Below, piece by piece: positions 9,761 to 23,094 of a stretch of DNA of 64,000 nucleotides. Origin of the DNA: Myxococcota bacterium (lineage in GTDB: Bacteria; Myxococcota_A; SURF-8; G963663525). Below the pieces are notes generated by a model. The model was given only the letters and a program-made list of their open reading frames with translations. It had not been told where the DNA came from and made no database searches. The stretch spans positions 55,530-119,529 of the forward strand of contig CAXXVK010000024.1 of assembly GCA_963676915.2 (NCBI GenBank), written 5' to 3'. Position 1 is the first letter of the stretch, and each line of letters begins with the position of its first letter. Made by a program: the position numbers and the translations under genes.

Positions 9761-11029
9761 ATGAAAGTAACGGTAATCGGCGGAGGCTCGACCTATACTC
9801 CGGAACTGATCGATGGTTTTATTCGTAGTGCGCAGAAGCTGGACCTGACCGAAGTCGTCTTGTTGGACAATGACCCCGAACGGTTGAAAGTCGTTGGAGA
9901 ATTTTCTCAACGCATGGTGGGACACGCCAAAGCTCCTTTCACCGTTGCGCTGACCGACGATCGTGCTTCGGCCCTCAAAGGTGCGGATTTCGTGCTGACC
10001 CAGATCCGCGTCGGTGGACAAAAAAGGCCGCCACAAGGATATCAAAACTCGGTCACGCTCACGGCCTGATCGGCCAGGAAACCACCGGTGTCGGCGGGTT
10101 CGCCAAAGCCTTGCGCACCATTCCGGTGATGCAGGAAATCGCAAGAGATATCAAGGACTACTGCCCCGATGCCTGGGTTGTAAACTTCACCAATCCTTCC
10201 GGACTGATTACGGAATCCCTGCATTGGATGGGTCTGTCGCGTGTCGTCGGACTGTGCAACATTCCGATCGGTGCGGTGATGGATCTCGCACTGTACCTCC
10301 AATGCGACCCGGACCGGATCACCATCGATTACGTCGGTCTCAACCACCTGTCCCTGGATTCGAAAAAGTCTTCCTGGACGGCGAAGACGTCACCGAGCGC
10401 ATCGTCAACGATCTGGCCGAGCAAAAAGGTCCGGCGAACATTCCCGAGTTGGAATACGATCCCGCTTTCGTACGAGCGCTGGGCTTCATTCCCTCACCCT
10501 ACCTGCGCTATTTCTACGCCACGAGCGATATGCTCGGAAAACAGTGGGCCAAGCCGAAATCTCGCGCTCAGGAAGTGATGGAGATCGAAGATGAACTGCT
10601 GAAAAATGTACAAGGACGAATCGGTCGTCACGAAACCGGAAGCGCTTTCCAAGCGCGGCGGAGCGTTTTATTCGAAAATCGCCATCGATCTGGTAACGTC
10701 GCTGATGGGTCTCAACGATCAGACCCACATCGTCAACGTGTTGGCAGGCGATTGTGTCGATGGTATCGGTGCGGGGCAAGTCGTTGAAATCTCCGCTCAA
10801 ATCACGAAAGATAAAATCGTACCATTGAAAGTGGACCCGCCCGAGCCGAAAATCCTCGGACTGATGCAATCCGTCAAAGCCTACGAAAACACTAGCAGTC
10901 GAAGCGGGTATTTTACGCAGCTACGATGCCGCCCTGATGGCGCTGGCGACACATCCGTTGTGCGGTCCCGAAAAGGCCAAACTCGTCCTGGACGATCTTG
11001 TGAAAATCAACAAACTGGAACTTAGATAA
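9761..11029 (+). CDS. glycoside hydrolase family 4, 6-phospho-beta-glucosidase-like (several apparent frameshifts)
   Basis: KVTVIGGGSTYTPEL, QIRVGG, GQETTGVGG, NFTNPSG, GLCNIP, GLNHL, RGGAFYS, KAYE. SD GGAGG. Confidence 0.88.
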
Positions 11030-11055
11030 CCAGAAGAATCTACAGGAGATTCTCC

Positions 11056-13783
<2,728 letters not shown>

Positions 13784-13806
13784 TAAGTCGCCGTAACCAG
13801 AGACCC

Positions 13807-13843
13807 AAACGTCCTAGAAGCCAATGCTTCTAGGACGTTTTTT
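13807..13843 (+). terminator. intrinsic terminator after alaS
   Basis: Perfect stem AAACGTCCTAGAAGC/GCTTCTAGGACGTTT followed by a T tract. Confidence 0.85.
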
Positions 13844-13968
13844 ATGGAATAAGAAATTCTCTTTGGAAATTTTTTCGTAGGTCGGACAAATTTCTTGCCC
13901 AACACAGCTTGCTGACAACGTGGTTTGTTTTTGAGCTTCAATAATTTCAAGAAGTTACAGACCTGTAC

Positions 13969-14056
13969 GATGGACGGGGATTGCATCCCCGTCCACATAG
14001 TTTTCCTCAAAACCTCAAAACAAAACGTGAAGAGCAGGATACAATCCTGCTCCATC
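13969..14056. repeat. inverted pair of related REP-like hairpins
   Basis: GATGGACGGGGATTGCATCCCCGTCCA (+) and GATGGAGCAGGATTGTATCCTGCTC (-) share the same 5' end and a similar loop but have different, fully paired stems. Confidence 0.55.
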
Positions 14057-14111
14057 TGTGAGTCGAGCAAAAAAAAAGCCCTATTTACGAAAGCTTATAG
14101 GATAAAAGTTT

Positions 14112-15636
14112 TCAGTCCGCCACCAGCAACAAGTTCTTGAAAAGCGAGATGAGAAACGGGCTTCCCGCTATCGAGCCTAGCGTAGCCACACCAACGCCAA
14201 GCACCAATGCGACAAGCGCCGCCGCCTTGCCTACATCCTGCCCTTTAAGCGATCCCAGCAATTTCGGCTCTTTCGAAAGATAGGCCGAGGCCGCATAAAG
14301 TTCCTCACCGATGAGGGTGTAATCGCAGGCGGTGATGAAAAACGGAAGCTGCGTGACCTGTGCAGTTCCGGCGATCTGCACCGCTCCGACCGAATGCCCG
14401 GTTTCGGCAAGAATCAACGATTCGGCGAAAAACGAGCCTTGGAAAAAAATCGTCGCCGGGCGTTCCCGCATGATGATGCCGTCCACACCCGCCGCAAAGC
14501 CAAACTGGTCGTCCGTCAGGTAATGGATGTCATCCTCGCGAAATTCTTCGGGACTTCCCGCCTTGAGATAGGCTTCTTTGACCACTTCCCGCCCGGTGAC
14601 CATCACCATCGAACGCGACACCGGCACCTCAAGCTCGGTATGGTAATCCGCCGAGTAGCGGGCAACGTGACCCAAGATCGTCAGTCCCGCGATAGTCTGC
14701 GGGTCATCTACATCCATGATGCCGGGAACGAAAAGAATTTTGCGGCCCATTTCCGTCGCCCGACCGATGGCATCGTCAATCGCCTCCAGTCCGTTGATCC
14801 GACGAATGGCGATGTCCCCTCCCATACGCGCTTTGCGAATGTAATATAAAATGGCCAACGTGATGAAAAGTCCCGCAAAAAAGAGATTGATCCGACCGAA
14901 ATGGAACCAGTTCGCTTGAGCTTGAACGGGACCGATGACCTCGCCGCTGTGATAAAAGCGTCCTTTGACGCTCATCGCCCGATAATAATATTTGTGCTTG
15001 TACGAGGCATCCACCAGCCGATCCGCTCCGTAACGGGACAATTCCGCCACTTTCGTCCATGGCCCTTCGGGATCGGACGCCCGAAGCAGTTCGACAACCT
15101 CGACCTTCTGCCGCATGGTGACGTAATCGTCTCTGGTAAATGCACTGCCGTCGGACATGAACCAGTCGGCCAGGATTTCCACGTAATCTCCCGAATCGTC
15201 GGGACGATCCAGCACGTCGATTTTTGGAACGGGCATGGTGGCGTCCACTCTCGTTCGCCAGGGAGGAATCTCGTTTTTTTTCTTCCGGCCATTGGCCACC
15301 GTAGGCGCTATCGAACAGCTTGGCCCACAACTCCGGCGGAGTACCTTCGGGGGCGTCTTCGTAAAAACCGTAAGGAATATTGCGGATTTCCAACAGAAGC
15401 TTCGGTTTTTCCACGGGAGGATTAAGTCGTTGCCGTTCCTTTTCGTAATCGGAGGGCAGAATCACCGCCGCAGGGTCGGCATGGCGGAAATCGTAAAATT
15501 CTTCCGCCCGGAGGGTGCCCGTACAAAGCCCCACGATCAGTACGATAAATCCGACTTGAACGCCTCGCCGTTTCACCCTTTGCCGCCTCACTTTCCTATG
15601 TATCGGTAGCCAATAGTTTACGATAGCGTCACTCAT
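14112..15636 (-). CDS. DUF6754-family membrane protein with N-terminal extracytoplasmic (FN3-like) region; frameshift in the A-run near 15280
   Basis: C-terminal IRRINGLEAIDDAIGRATEMG...AESLILAETG...QLPFFITACDYTLIGEELYAASAYLS. The signal peptide/N-terminus lies in the adjacent frame (15636 to about 15280). Confidence 0.72.
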
Positions 15637-15655
15637 GCCTTTTCGTCAAGCCATG

Positions 15656-16453
15656 TCAGGGAGTTACCCACGGTTCGGGGGAAAACGAGATCATCACGTT
15701 CTTGGTCCGAGGCTTGAAAACACCTTCGTCCCGACCGTCGAAGCGTAGAAAAACGTGCGGAGCCTTGCGGCTGTACCACAGGTTCATCGTAGGAGCGAAT
15801 ACACCTGTAAGTCCGGAAGGTTTGAGTTCCAGTTTGTAGGCATCCAGCACACCGAACGCCGTTTTCAGCTTTTCTTCGCCTCGGTGAATAATCGCCCCGG
15901 AAATCGTCGAACCGTCCGTCAACAAAAACTCGCCTTCGATTTTGTATCCTTCCCCTTGATCGAAAGGAAAACCGCGAAGCAGCACGAACATGGAGTCACT
16001 GGGGAAGGTATTGGCAGAAAATTCCAGGCTTTTGCTCTCTTTTTTGCCATTCAGGTGGTTTTGGTAGCTGTATTCCGCTTTATGCGTTTTCCAATCGTAG
16101 GTAATTTTCCAGCTTTCTTTTTCGGCTCCCGAACTGTCTTTTTTCCAATACAGCGTTCGGAGTCCTTTGGGGGTCAGTTCCGCCAACGATTCCTCGGTCC
16201 ACTCCACACGCTCTTTTCCGCTGAGCATGTTGTTGCCGCGACTGTTGTACTTGACGAGCGTTCGGTTATTCTCGATGGTTTTGGTCTGGGTCCAGCGCAG
16301 GTCGTACAAATGCTTGCCGGATTCCGAGTACATCACCTTCTGATGCCCCTTCTCGACATCGGCGACGATCGGTGGTTTCAACTGCGCCCAGGTGACGCCT
16401 CCGGCCACGAAAAGCAAAAGGAAAATGGTAAAAACGAGCACTCTTCGCTTCAT
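15656..16453 (-). CDS. secreted hypothetical protein (DUF3108-like beta-rich)
   Basis: Signal peptide MKRRVLVFTIFLLLFVAGGVTWA. GEEKLKTAFGVLDAYKLE..LWYS resembles the DUF3108 C-terminus. Confidence 0.65.
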   Translation of the reverse strand: MKRRVLVFTIFLLLFVAGGVTWAQLKPPIVADVEKGHQKVMYSESGKHLYDLRWTQTKTIENNRTLVKYNSRGNNMLSGKERVEWTEESLAELTPKGLRTLYWKKDSSGAEKESWKITYDWKTHKAEYSYQNHLNGKKESKSLEFSANTFPSDSMFVLLRGFPFDQGEGYKIEGEFLLTDGSTISGAIIHRGEEKLKTAFGVLDAYKLELKPSGLTGVFAPTMNLWYSRKAPHVFLRFDGRDEGVFKPRTKNVMISFSPEPWVTP

Positions 16454-16743
16454 GCGTTCCACTCCACAAAAAAATGGGCGCAAAATGCGCCCATTCTGAA
16501 GAAAGATGGGAAAGGCAAAGAAAAGGCACCCAAATTTCAGCGCTCACTCGGACACCAGTTCAACCCATCAATTTCGGCGTATTTTACAATTTTATCGGTC
16601 CTATGTCAAATTGCACGAGAGGCCCGAAGCGTCAAGGCGCGAGACAATCATACAACATAACCTACTGTTATCACTCAACTATTTTTTAGCTACAAAAAGT
16701 CCCTTCCAGACATGGAATCCCATCCGAAGCCCGAAAACAGCTG

Positions 16744-18597
16744 CTATTTGCGCCGCCCTTTTCTACGAGTATTTCGCGGCTTTCGAACCACTTTTCGTGT
16801 GCGTTGATAGTTCGGTTTCGAGCGCTTCACCTGCCGATGCTCCGGCGACTTTTCGTCACGAGCCAAGCCGAATTCCAGCTTGCCGTCCTCCACTTCGGAA
16901 CGCACCAGTTGCACCCGAAGTTTCTGCCCCAGACGAAAGCGCCAACCCGTGCGGCGACCGATCAGCATATGGCGCGGCTCGTCGAAATCGAAATAATCCA
17001 TCGACATCGTACGTACGGGAACCAGCCCCTCGCACATCGGCTCGTCCACAGTGACGAACAGTCCGAAAGCCTGAACGCCGCTCACGCGCCCTTCGAACTC
17101 TTCCCCGATGAAAACGGCTCATGTATTCGGCCTGGAAAACATCCACGATCGAACGCTCGGCCTGAAGAGCACGCCCGCTCTGTCATGCTGGTCAGCGTCG
17201 CAAGATCCGGCAGATGTTCGGCACGAAGGGTCGCTTGTTTTTTTTCGAGCCGCCTTGCTGCGCATGCTCAGGCTTTCCTTGAGCAATCGATGCACGATCA
17301 CGTCGGGATAACGCCGGATAGGGACTTGTGAAATGGGCATAATGATCCAAGCCAAGCCCGTAATGACCAAGATTTTCCTCGCTGTACCGTGCCTGCGCCA
17401 TGCAACGCAGCAACAAACCATGCAAGATTCTCGCATCTTCACGCGACTTGATGGTTTCGGCCACTTTGGGCAGCAGGGTTTCCGGGCTGCCTTTGCGTGG
17501 AACCGCTACGCCCAGCAACTTCATGGTTTCAAGAAAATTCGCCGATTTCTCGGGGTCGGGAGATTCGTGAATGCGGTACAGGCAGGGAAAAATCCAAGTC
17601 GTCCAGTTGCTTTGCAGCAGCTTCGTTGGCCGCCAACATGCATTCTTCCACCAACCGGTGAGCATCGTTCCGCGCCGCAGGATGAATCCCCGTGACGTTG
17701 TCCTCCTCATCCAATTTGATCTTGGCTTCCGGCAAATCGAGATCGATTCCTCCGCGACTGAGCCGCCGCGCAAGACGAATTTTGAAAAACGAGTAACACG
17801 TTTGAAGGGATAGAAAAGTTTCCGGCGCGAAATCTTCCGGTTTTTCCTGAGTTTTAAGGATCTCGTAGGCTTGTTCGTAGGTCAATCGCTTGCGACTGCG
17901 AATGACGGCTGGCGCGAACCGATAGGCACGCATCACGCCGGAAGGTTCGAAATCCATCCGCGCCACCATGGCATAGCGATCCTGGTCAGGCTGCAACGAG
18001 CAGGCGTTTTCCGTCAAAATGCGCGGAAGCATCGGGACGGACGCGCCTGGATAATAGACACTCGTTCCTCGCAAGCGCGCTTCGCGGTCGCAAGGACCGT
18101 TTTCTTCGAGATACTGCGTAACATCGGCGATAGCCACGTACAACCGTATCCCACCGTCGTCGAGCATCTCCGCCGCAATGGCGTCGTCGAAATCCTTGGC
18201 AGTGTCGGGATCGATGGTCACGAAGGGAACCTCTCTCAAATCCGCACGATCCTGAGTCGGTTCCACGGGTTGATGCCCTACCCTTTCGGCCTCCTTTTCC
18301 GCTTTTGCGGGAAATTTTACGGGAATATCCAGCTCGCTGAAAATCTCCTGAATACGTGCCTTTCGCAAGCGCGACCATTCGCCTTGCTCCGTCACACCAT
18401 CCGGTTTGCGTCCCACGAGCCTGAAACGACTTCCTTTTTTCTCGCTCCAACACTCCCTGGCGCACGAGGTCATCCAGAATCGGCTTGAGCGACCGCTTCG
18501 CCGATGCGCTTCCCGCAACACGACGAGCCAGCTCTTTCAATGAATGTACGTCGTCTCCCGGAACGAACTGTTCCAGCAAACGTTCTTTTTTCGACAT
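16744..18597 (-). CDS. rnr: ribonuclease R (RNB family; several apparent frameshifts)
   Basis: TIDPDTAKDFDDA, VAIADV, RGTSVY, LVEECMLAAN, YRIH, HFTSPIRRYPD, C-terminal S1 domain and basic tail. Confidence 0.9.
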
Positions 18598-18706
18598 AAA
18601 TTCTCCTAATCTTTGCCGAATCTCTCATCGGCAAGAAATACTATTCCCCCCCACAACGCCCGATACGTCACCGGGCAAAGCTGTAAATACTGAAAACAGA
18701 AATAGG

Positions 18707-19363
18707 TTATAACCCCATTCGTTCTTTGAAGGTTTCGAAGCCCATTTTATCGATCCACTTACCCATCCGGGTTTTCGGGGCGTCCTCCACGAACAGGTCC
18801 ACGACCTTCAACGCCAATGCTTCGGCTTCGTCGTCGGACAAGTTGATGGCCAGTTTTTGCGACAGTCGCGGAGTAGGTCCGCCGTTGCCGCCGACAACCA
18901 TTTTCCATCCTTTTTTCGCACCGATGAATCCGATATCTTTGATGCAGGTTTCGGCGCAATCCAAGGTACAGCCTGTCACACCCAATTTGGCTTTCATGGG
19001 CAATTGTTTGGCATAAAACAGTTTATCCAGGCGCAAACCGAACCCGATTGCATCCTGCTGACCGAAAGGACAATATTGGTTGCCGGGACAGAATTTGACG
19101 CTCCGCACGCACATGCCGATCGCCATGCCCTGCGGTTCACCGACAGCCGCCCACGCTTCGTCGATTTTATCTTCGTCAACACCGATCAATGCAATGCGCT
19201 GGGAAGACGTCAGCTTGATGGCATCCGCATTGAATTGCTCGGCGACATCGGCGACTTTGCGCAACTGCTCGGGGGTGATCAATCCACCCGGCAGATGAGG
19301 TGCGATAGCGTATCGACCGTTATTTTGTTTAATGGCGGATTTTTCTTCGATATTTTTGGCCAT
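18707..19363 (-). CDS. small nitrite/sulfite reductase-like 4Fe-4S/siroheme-domain protein
   Basis: PHLPGGLITPEQL, IKLTSSQRI, CPGNQYC and GCTLDCAE (Cx5C...Cx3C), KDIG, VGG.GG. Confidence 0.85.
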   Translation of the reverse strand: MAKNIEEKSAIKQNNGRYAIAPHLPGGLITPEQLRKVADVAEQFNADAIKLTSSQRIALIGVDEDKIDEAWAAVGEPQGMAIGMCVRSVKFCPGNQYCPFGQQDAIGFGLRLDKLFYAKQLPMKAKLGVTGCTLDCAETCIKDIGFIGAKKGWKMVVGGNGGPTPRLSQKLAINLSDDEAEALALKVVDLFVEDAPKTRMGKWIDKMGFETFKERMGL

Positions 19364-19520
19364 GATTTGAAAACCTTGTTCTACGGTTGAAAGAAATGGA
19401 AGTATTGTACCATCGATTGCTTTTGAATCAAGTTCACGAAACCCTTTCTCCTTTTCCTTGCTTGCAAAATCTACTTTCCAGCAAAATGAAACCCGATCAG
19501 CACGAAAGAAATTGGTTGCT

Positions 19521-20450
19521 ATGGTACGCAGCGATGATTACACTTCCATCCGAATAAGGAATGCGGAGGCGATGATGCGTATGAAACGAACTCTGAAAGT
19601 CTGTAAAAAAACGCTCAAAAGATGGCAGCACTTCCCCTGGAACGACCTCGCATCCTTGGGTAAAGAAATCGCCGTCACCCTTTTCGCCAAGGGATTTTCC
19701 GAATCTTCCAATGACCGGGAACACAACAAGAAAATTCAACGACTGGGAGAAAAGACCTACCAGTTCTACCTGGACAATCGCGACCGCTTTCCCTATCGGG
19801 TTCGAACGTTTTTCAAGTTTTTTCAAGACCTGCAACATCGCGACCTACCTGAATTCAAAGAGGAAGCTTTCAAAGAACCGCCTGCCCTTCCCCATTTTGA
19901 GGATAGCGAGTTCCGAACCTTCGAGATCAAAAAGCCACTCGCGGCTCACACTGAGAAGCGCTTGATCGAAACACCATCCTCCTATTCAGATGCAACCGAA
20001 ACCGACGATGAAAAAGACCAGACATCGACAACCGCCCGTCTGGAAATCGAACTGAGCATCACCGGCGTAACTCCTGAAATTGCCGTAGAAAAAGCGGAAA
20101 TAGCCGAAGCCGTCGAAGAAAAACCGTCACAGAAAAAAACGGAGACGAAAAAGAAACCGACGACCGGGAAAAAGTCGGCAAAGACATCCAAAGACACAAC
20201 AAAAAAGAAAAAAACAAGCGCGAAAAAAGCTACGACGCCCCAAAAGAAAACCACCAAGGCGAAATCATCCAAAACCAAGGACGCCAAGAAGGCAAAAACC
20301 GCAACGAAATCCACAAAAAAGAAAACCTCTACCAAGAAAACCACGGCGAAAAGCACCAAGAAGACAAGCCCATCAAAAAACAAAGCCGCTTCGAAGTCTA
20401 CCCGCAAAAAAAGCGCTGCCAAGAAAGCCACAACGGACAAAGCCAAGTAA
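19521..20450 (+). CDS. protein with histone H1-like Lys/Thr/Ala/Ser-rich C-terminal tail
   Basis: The final ~110 aa are KKT/KKA/TKK-rich, following an acidic central linker. Start codon uncertain. Confidence 0.7.
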   Translation: MVRSDDYTSIRIRNAEAMMRMKRTLKVCKKTLKRWQHFPWNDLASLGKEIAVTLFAKGFSESSNDREHNKKIQRLGEKTYQFYLDNRDRFPYRVRTFFKFFQDLQHRDLPEFKEEAFKEPPALPHFEDSEFRTFEIKKPLAAHTEKRLIETPSSYSDATETDDEKDQTSTTARLEIELSITGVTPEIAVEKAEIAEAVEEKPSQKKTETKKKPTTGKKSAKTSKDTTKKKKTSAKKATTPQKKTTKAKSSKTKDAKKAKTATKSTKKKTSTKKTTAKSTKKTSPSKNKAASKSTRKKSAAKKATTDKAK

Positions 20451-20522
20451 CTTCACAGCCTTTTTCGATGTGATAGGTTTTGAATGAAGAAGAACTTGCA
20501 TAAATCCTGAAGATAAATCTTC

Positions 20523-20618
20523 GGGGTGCCATCGCCTCACGGCCCGGAAGGTCCGGGAGACTATGCAAACCCTTGAAAACACAGCCTTCCACGCTTCGCG
20601 CGTAAGACTATGGCACAC
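20523..20618. repeat. degenerate inverted pair of GTGCCAT-initiated REP-like hairpins
   Basis: GTGCCATCGCCTC...GAGACTATG (+) and GTGCCATAGTCTTACGCGCGAAGCGTGGAAGGCTGTG (-), between convergent genes. Confidence 0.45.
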
Positions 20619-20687
20619 ATGGGTTTTATTAAAACCATCAAAATCCTGATTTATGCAAAAGCCACTGAAGACAAGCTTCGGATAAGG

Positions 20688-20731
20688 AAAAACGCCTGCC
20701 CGCCTGTGTTGTGTCCAAGCGGGCAAGCGTT
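20688..20731 (-). terminator. intrinsic terminator of cydAB
   Basis: CGCTTGCCCGCTTG...CAGGCGGGCAGGCG followed by TTTTT on the minus strand, just after the cydB stop. Confidence 0.7.
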
Positions 20732-20740
20732 GAATCATTC

Positions 20741-21760
20741 TCAGTGATCACCGTAGTTCAGCGTATCGTCACCGGCAAACGTCCGATACACCCACACGGT
20801 GTAAACGAGCACCAGGGGAAGGCCGATCAACGTGATGATCAGCATAGCCCCAAGCGTGTATTCACTGCTCGACGAATTGGCCGCTGTCAGGCTGAGTGCC
20901 GGATCGTTCAGCGCCGGAACGAATTTCGGGAAAATGGCCGAAGCCACGATGACGAACTGCATGGCGATTCCCACGGCAGAGGTCAAAAACGCTTTGAGAG
21001 CCGCACCTTTCTGCATGAATACGCGCATCAGCACGAGTACGGCCAGCGCCAGAACCGGGATCACCCACAATACCGGCAACGCCTTGTAGTTTTCGAGAAG
21101 CTGACCTTGCGCGGCAAACGTGAAAACTCCGCTTACGACAAACAGCACAAGGTAAGCAATCCAACTTGTTTTGGCCCACGAAAGAGCCTTATCCCCTGTT
21201 TCGTCTTTGATACGCACGGCAAGCCACAACGCGCCATGGGTGATCAACATGGCGAAACCGGTCAGACCGATCACGAGCGCAAACGGATTGAGCAGGCCGA
21301 AAAACGTTCCCGTGTAATCGCCGTTTTCATTTAACGGAATGCCACGCATGATGTTGCCCAATGCCACTCCGAAAAGCAGGGCCGGAAGGCTGCTGCCAAC
21401 CGCAAACGCCACGTCCCAGGTTTTGCGCCAACGAGGGGATTCGAGTTGATTGCGGAATTCCAAGCTGACCGCACGGAAAATCAACGCAAACAACAACAGC
21501 ATCAGAGCCAGGTAAAATCCGCTGAATACCGAAGCATAGACGGGAGGAAACGCCGCAAACAGCGCACCGCCACCGGTCAACAACCAGACTTCGTTGCCAT
21601 CCCAGAACGGACCGATACTGGCCATGAAACGTTGGCGATCTTCTTCTTTTTTCGTGAAAAGCTGCCAGAAACCGACGCCAAGGTCGAAACCGTCGAGAAT
21701 CGAATAGCCGATGAGCAACACTGCCACGAGAACGTACCAAATGATTTGTAACGTTGTCAT
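20741..21760 (-). CDS. cydB: cytochrome bd oxidase subunit II
   Basis: LDGFDLGVG, GPFWDGNEVWL, FAAFP, RAVSLEFR. Confidence 0.97.
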   Translation of the reverse strand: MTTLQIIWYVLVAVLLIGYSILDGFDLGVGFWQLFTKKEEDRQRFMASIGPFWDGNEVWLLTGGGALFAAFPPVYASVFSGFYLALMLLLFALIFRAVSLEFRNQLESPRWRKTWDVAFAVGSSLPALLFGVALGNIMRGIPLNENGDYTGTFFGLLNPFALVIGLTGFAMLITHGALWLAVRIKDETGDKALSWAKTSWIAYLVLFVVSGVFTFAAQGQLLENYKALPVLWVIPVLALAVLVLMRVFMQKGAALKAFLTSAVGIAMQFVIVASAIFPKFVPALNDPALSLTAANSSSSEYTLGAMLIITLIGLPLVLVYTVWVYRTFAGDDTLNYGDH

Positions 21761-23094
21761 TGCACCACCGCCTTTCCGCTTTCTTCGTCAATTTTCGGAC
21801 CTTTCACGATTTCCTTTCGCAACAAGAACATCCAAAGAGCAAACAACAGCGCATAAATCAATCCGAACAGGATGATGGAAAACAGGATTTCACCCGCAGA
21901 AACGGTCAGCGATATCGCATCCCGCGTTTTGAGCATTTTGTAGACGATCCAGGGTTGCCTCCCGATTTCCGCGACCATCCAACCGAACTCGTTGGCAAGA
22001 AATGGCAAAGGAATCATTACAATGGCGGCTTTCAGGTACAACGCGTTGTCGTACACCGTCTTTCTCCGATAGAGAATGACACCGACAAGCACGAAAGCGA
22101 AGAAGATCCCCCATAATCCCACCATGGTGTGGAACGAAGCGAAAGTTGCCAGCACAGGCGGCCACTCTTCCTTCGGAAAGTCTTTCAACCCTTTGTATTC
22201 ACTCGTAGTATCTCCATTGGTCAGCAAAGACAAAGCATAAGGAACTTCCATTCGCAAATGCGTCTTTTCGGCTTCCTGATCCGGCCAGCCGAACACCAGC
22301 AAGCCTGCACCTTTCTGGGTTTCGAACATGCCTTCCATCGCCGCGAGCTTCTCCGGCTGGGTATGCACGACCTGCACCGCCGAGGCGTGACCATCGAGCG
22401 CTTGACCGCAAACCGCCACCGTCCCGATGATCAATCCCATACGGAAAGACTGCTTCGCAAACTCGACCTGCTTTTTCTTCAAAAGGAACCACGCACTGAT
22501 CCCGAGCACGAAAAAGGCACCGGTCGTCAATGCCGCATTGATGGTGTGAATGTAGCGCGGAAGCGTCGAAGGATTGAACAGCGCCGCCCAGAAATCGACC
22601 AGCACGGCCCGCCCTTCCATAATTTCATATCCGGCGGGCGTCTGCATCCAGGAGTTGGCCACGATGATCCAAAACGCGGAAAGCGATGAACCGATCGCAA
22701 CCATCAACGTGGAAAACCAGATCGTTTTCGGTTTCACCCGGTTCCAACCGAAAATCAATACTCCCAGGAATGTGGATTCGAGGAAGAACGACAACAGTCC
22801 CTCGGCTGCCAGCGGTGCTCCGAAGATGTCGCCGACGTAACGCGAATAGTCTGCCCAGTTCGTGCCGAACTGAAACTCCATCGTGATCCCCGTCGCCACG
22901 CCGATTGCGAAACTCAACGTGAACAATCGCACCCAGAAACGCAGGGTTTCACGCCAGAATTCAGACTCGGTGTTTTTGTACTTTGCGGCCATCCAGACCA
23001 GAATCCAACTCATTCCAATCGTTAACGGAGGAAACAGAAAATGAAATCCCACAGTCATTGCAAATTGAATTCGGGCAAGCAGTACGGCATCCAT
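21757..23094 (-). CDS. cydA: cytochrome bd oxidase subunit I
   Basis: RIQFA..HFLF, GITMEFQFGTNW, FFLES, QPEKLAAMEG, EIGRQPW. 4-bp overlap with cydB. Confidence 0.97.
   Translation of the reverse strand: MDAVLLARIQFAMTVGFHFLFPPLTIGMSWILVWMAAKYKNTESEFWRETLRFWVRLFTLSFAIGVATGITMEFQFGTNWADYSRYVGDIFGAPLAAEGLLSFFLESTFLGVLIFGWNRVKPKTIWFSTLMVAIGSSLSAFWIIVANSWMQTPAGYEIMEGRAVLVDFWAALFNPSTLPRYIHTINAALTTGAFFVLGISAWFLLKKKQVEFAKQSFRMGLIIGTVAVCGQALDGHASAVQVVHTQPEKLAAMEGMFETQKGAGLLVFGWPDQEAEKTHLRMEVPYALSLLTNGDTTSEYKGLKDFPKEEWPPVLATFASFHTMVGLWGIFFAFVLVGVILYRRKTVYDNALYLKAAIVMIPLPFLANEFGWMVAEIGRQPWIVYKMLKTRDAISLTVSAGEILFSIILFGLIYALLFALWMFLLRKEIVKGPKIDEESGKAVVQ

Noticed and set aside
20130-20450. A-rich repetitive DNA as a tandem repeat or CRISPR array
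   Set aside because: It is low-complexity Lys-rich coding sequence with no fixed repeat-spacer period. No CRISPR array or cas gene was seen anywhere in the window.
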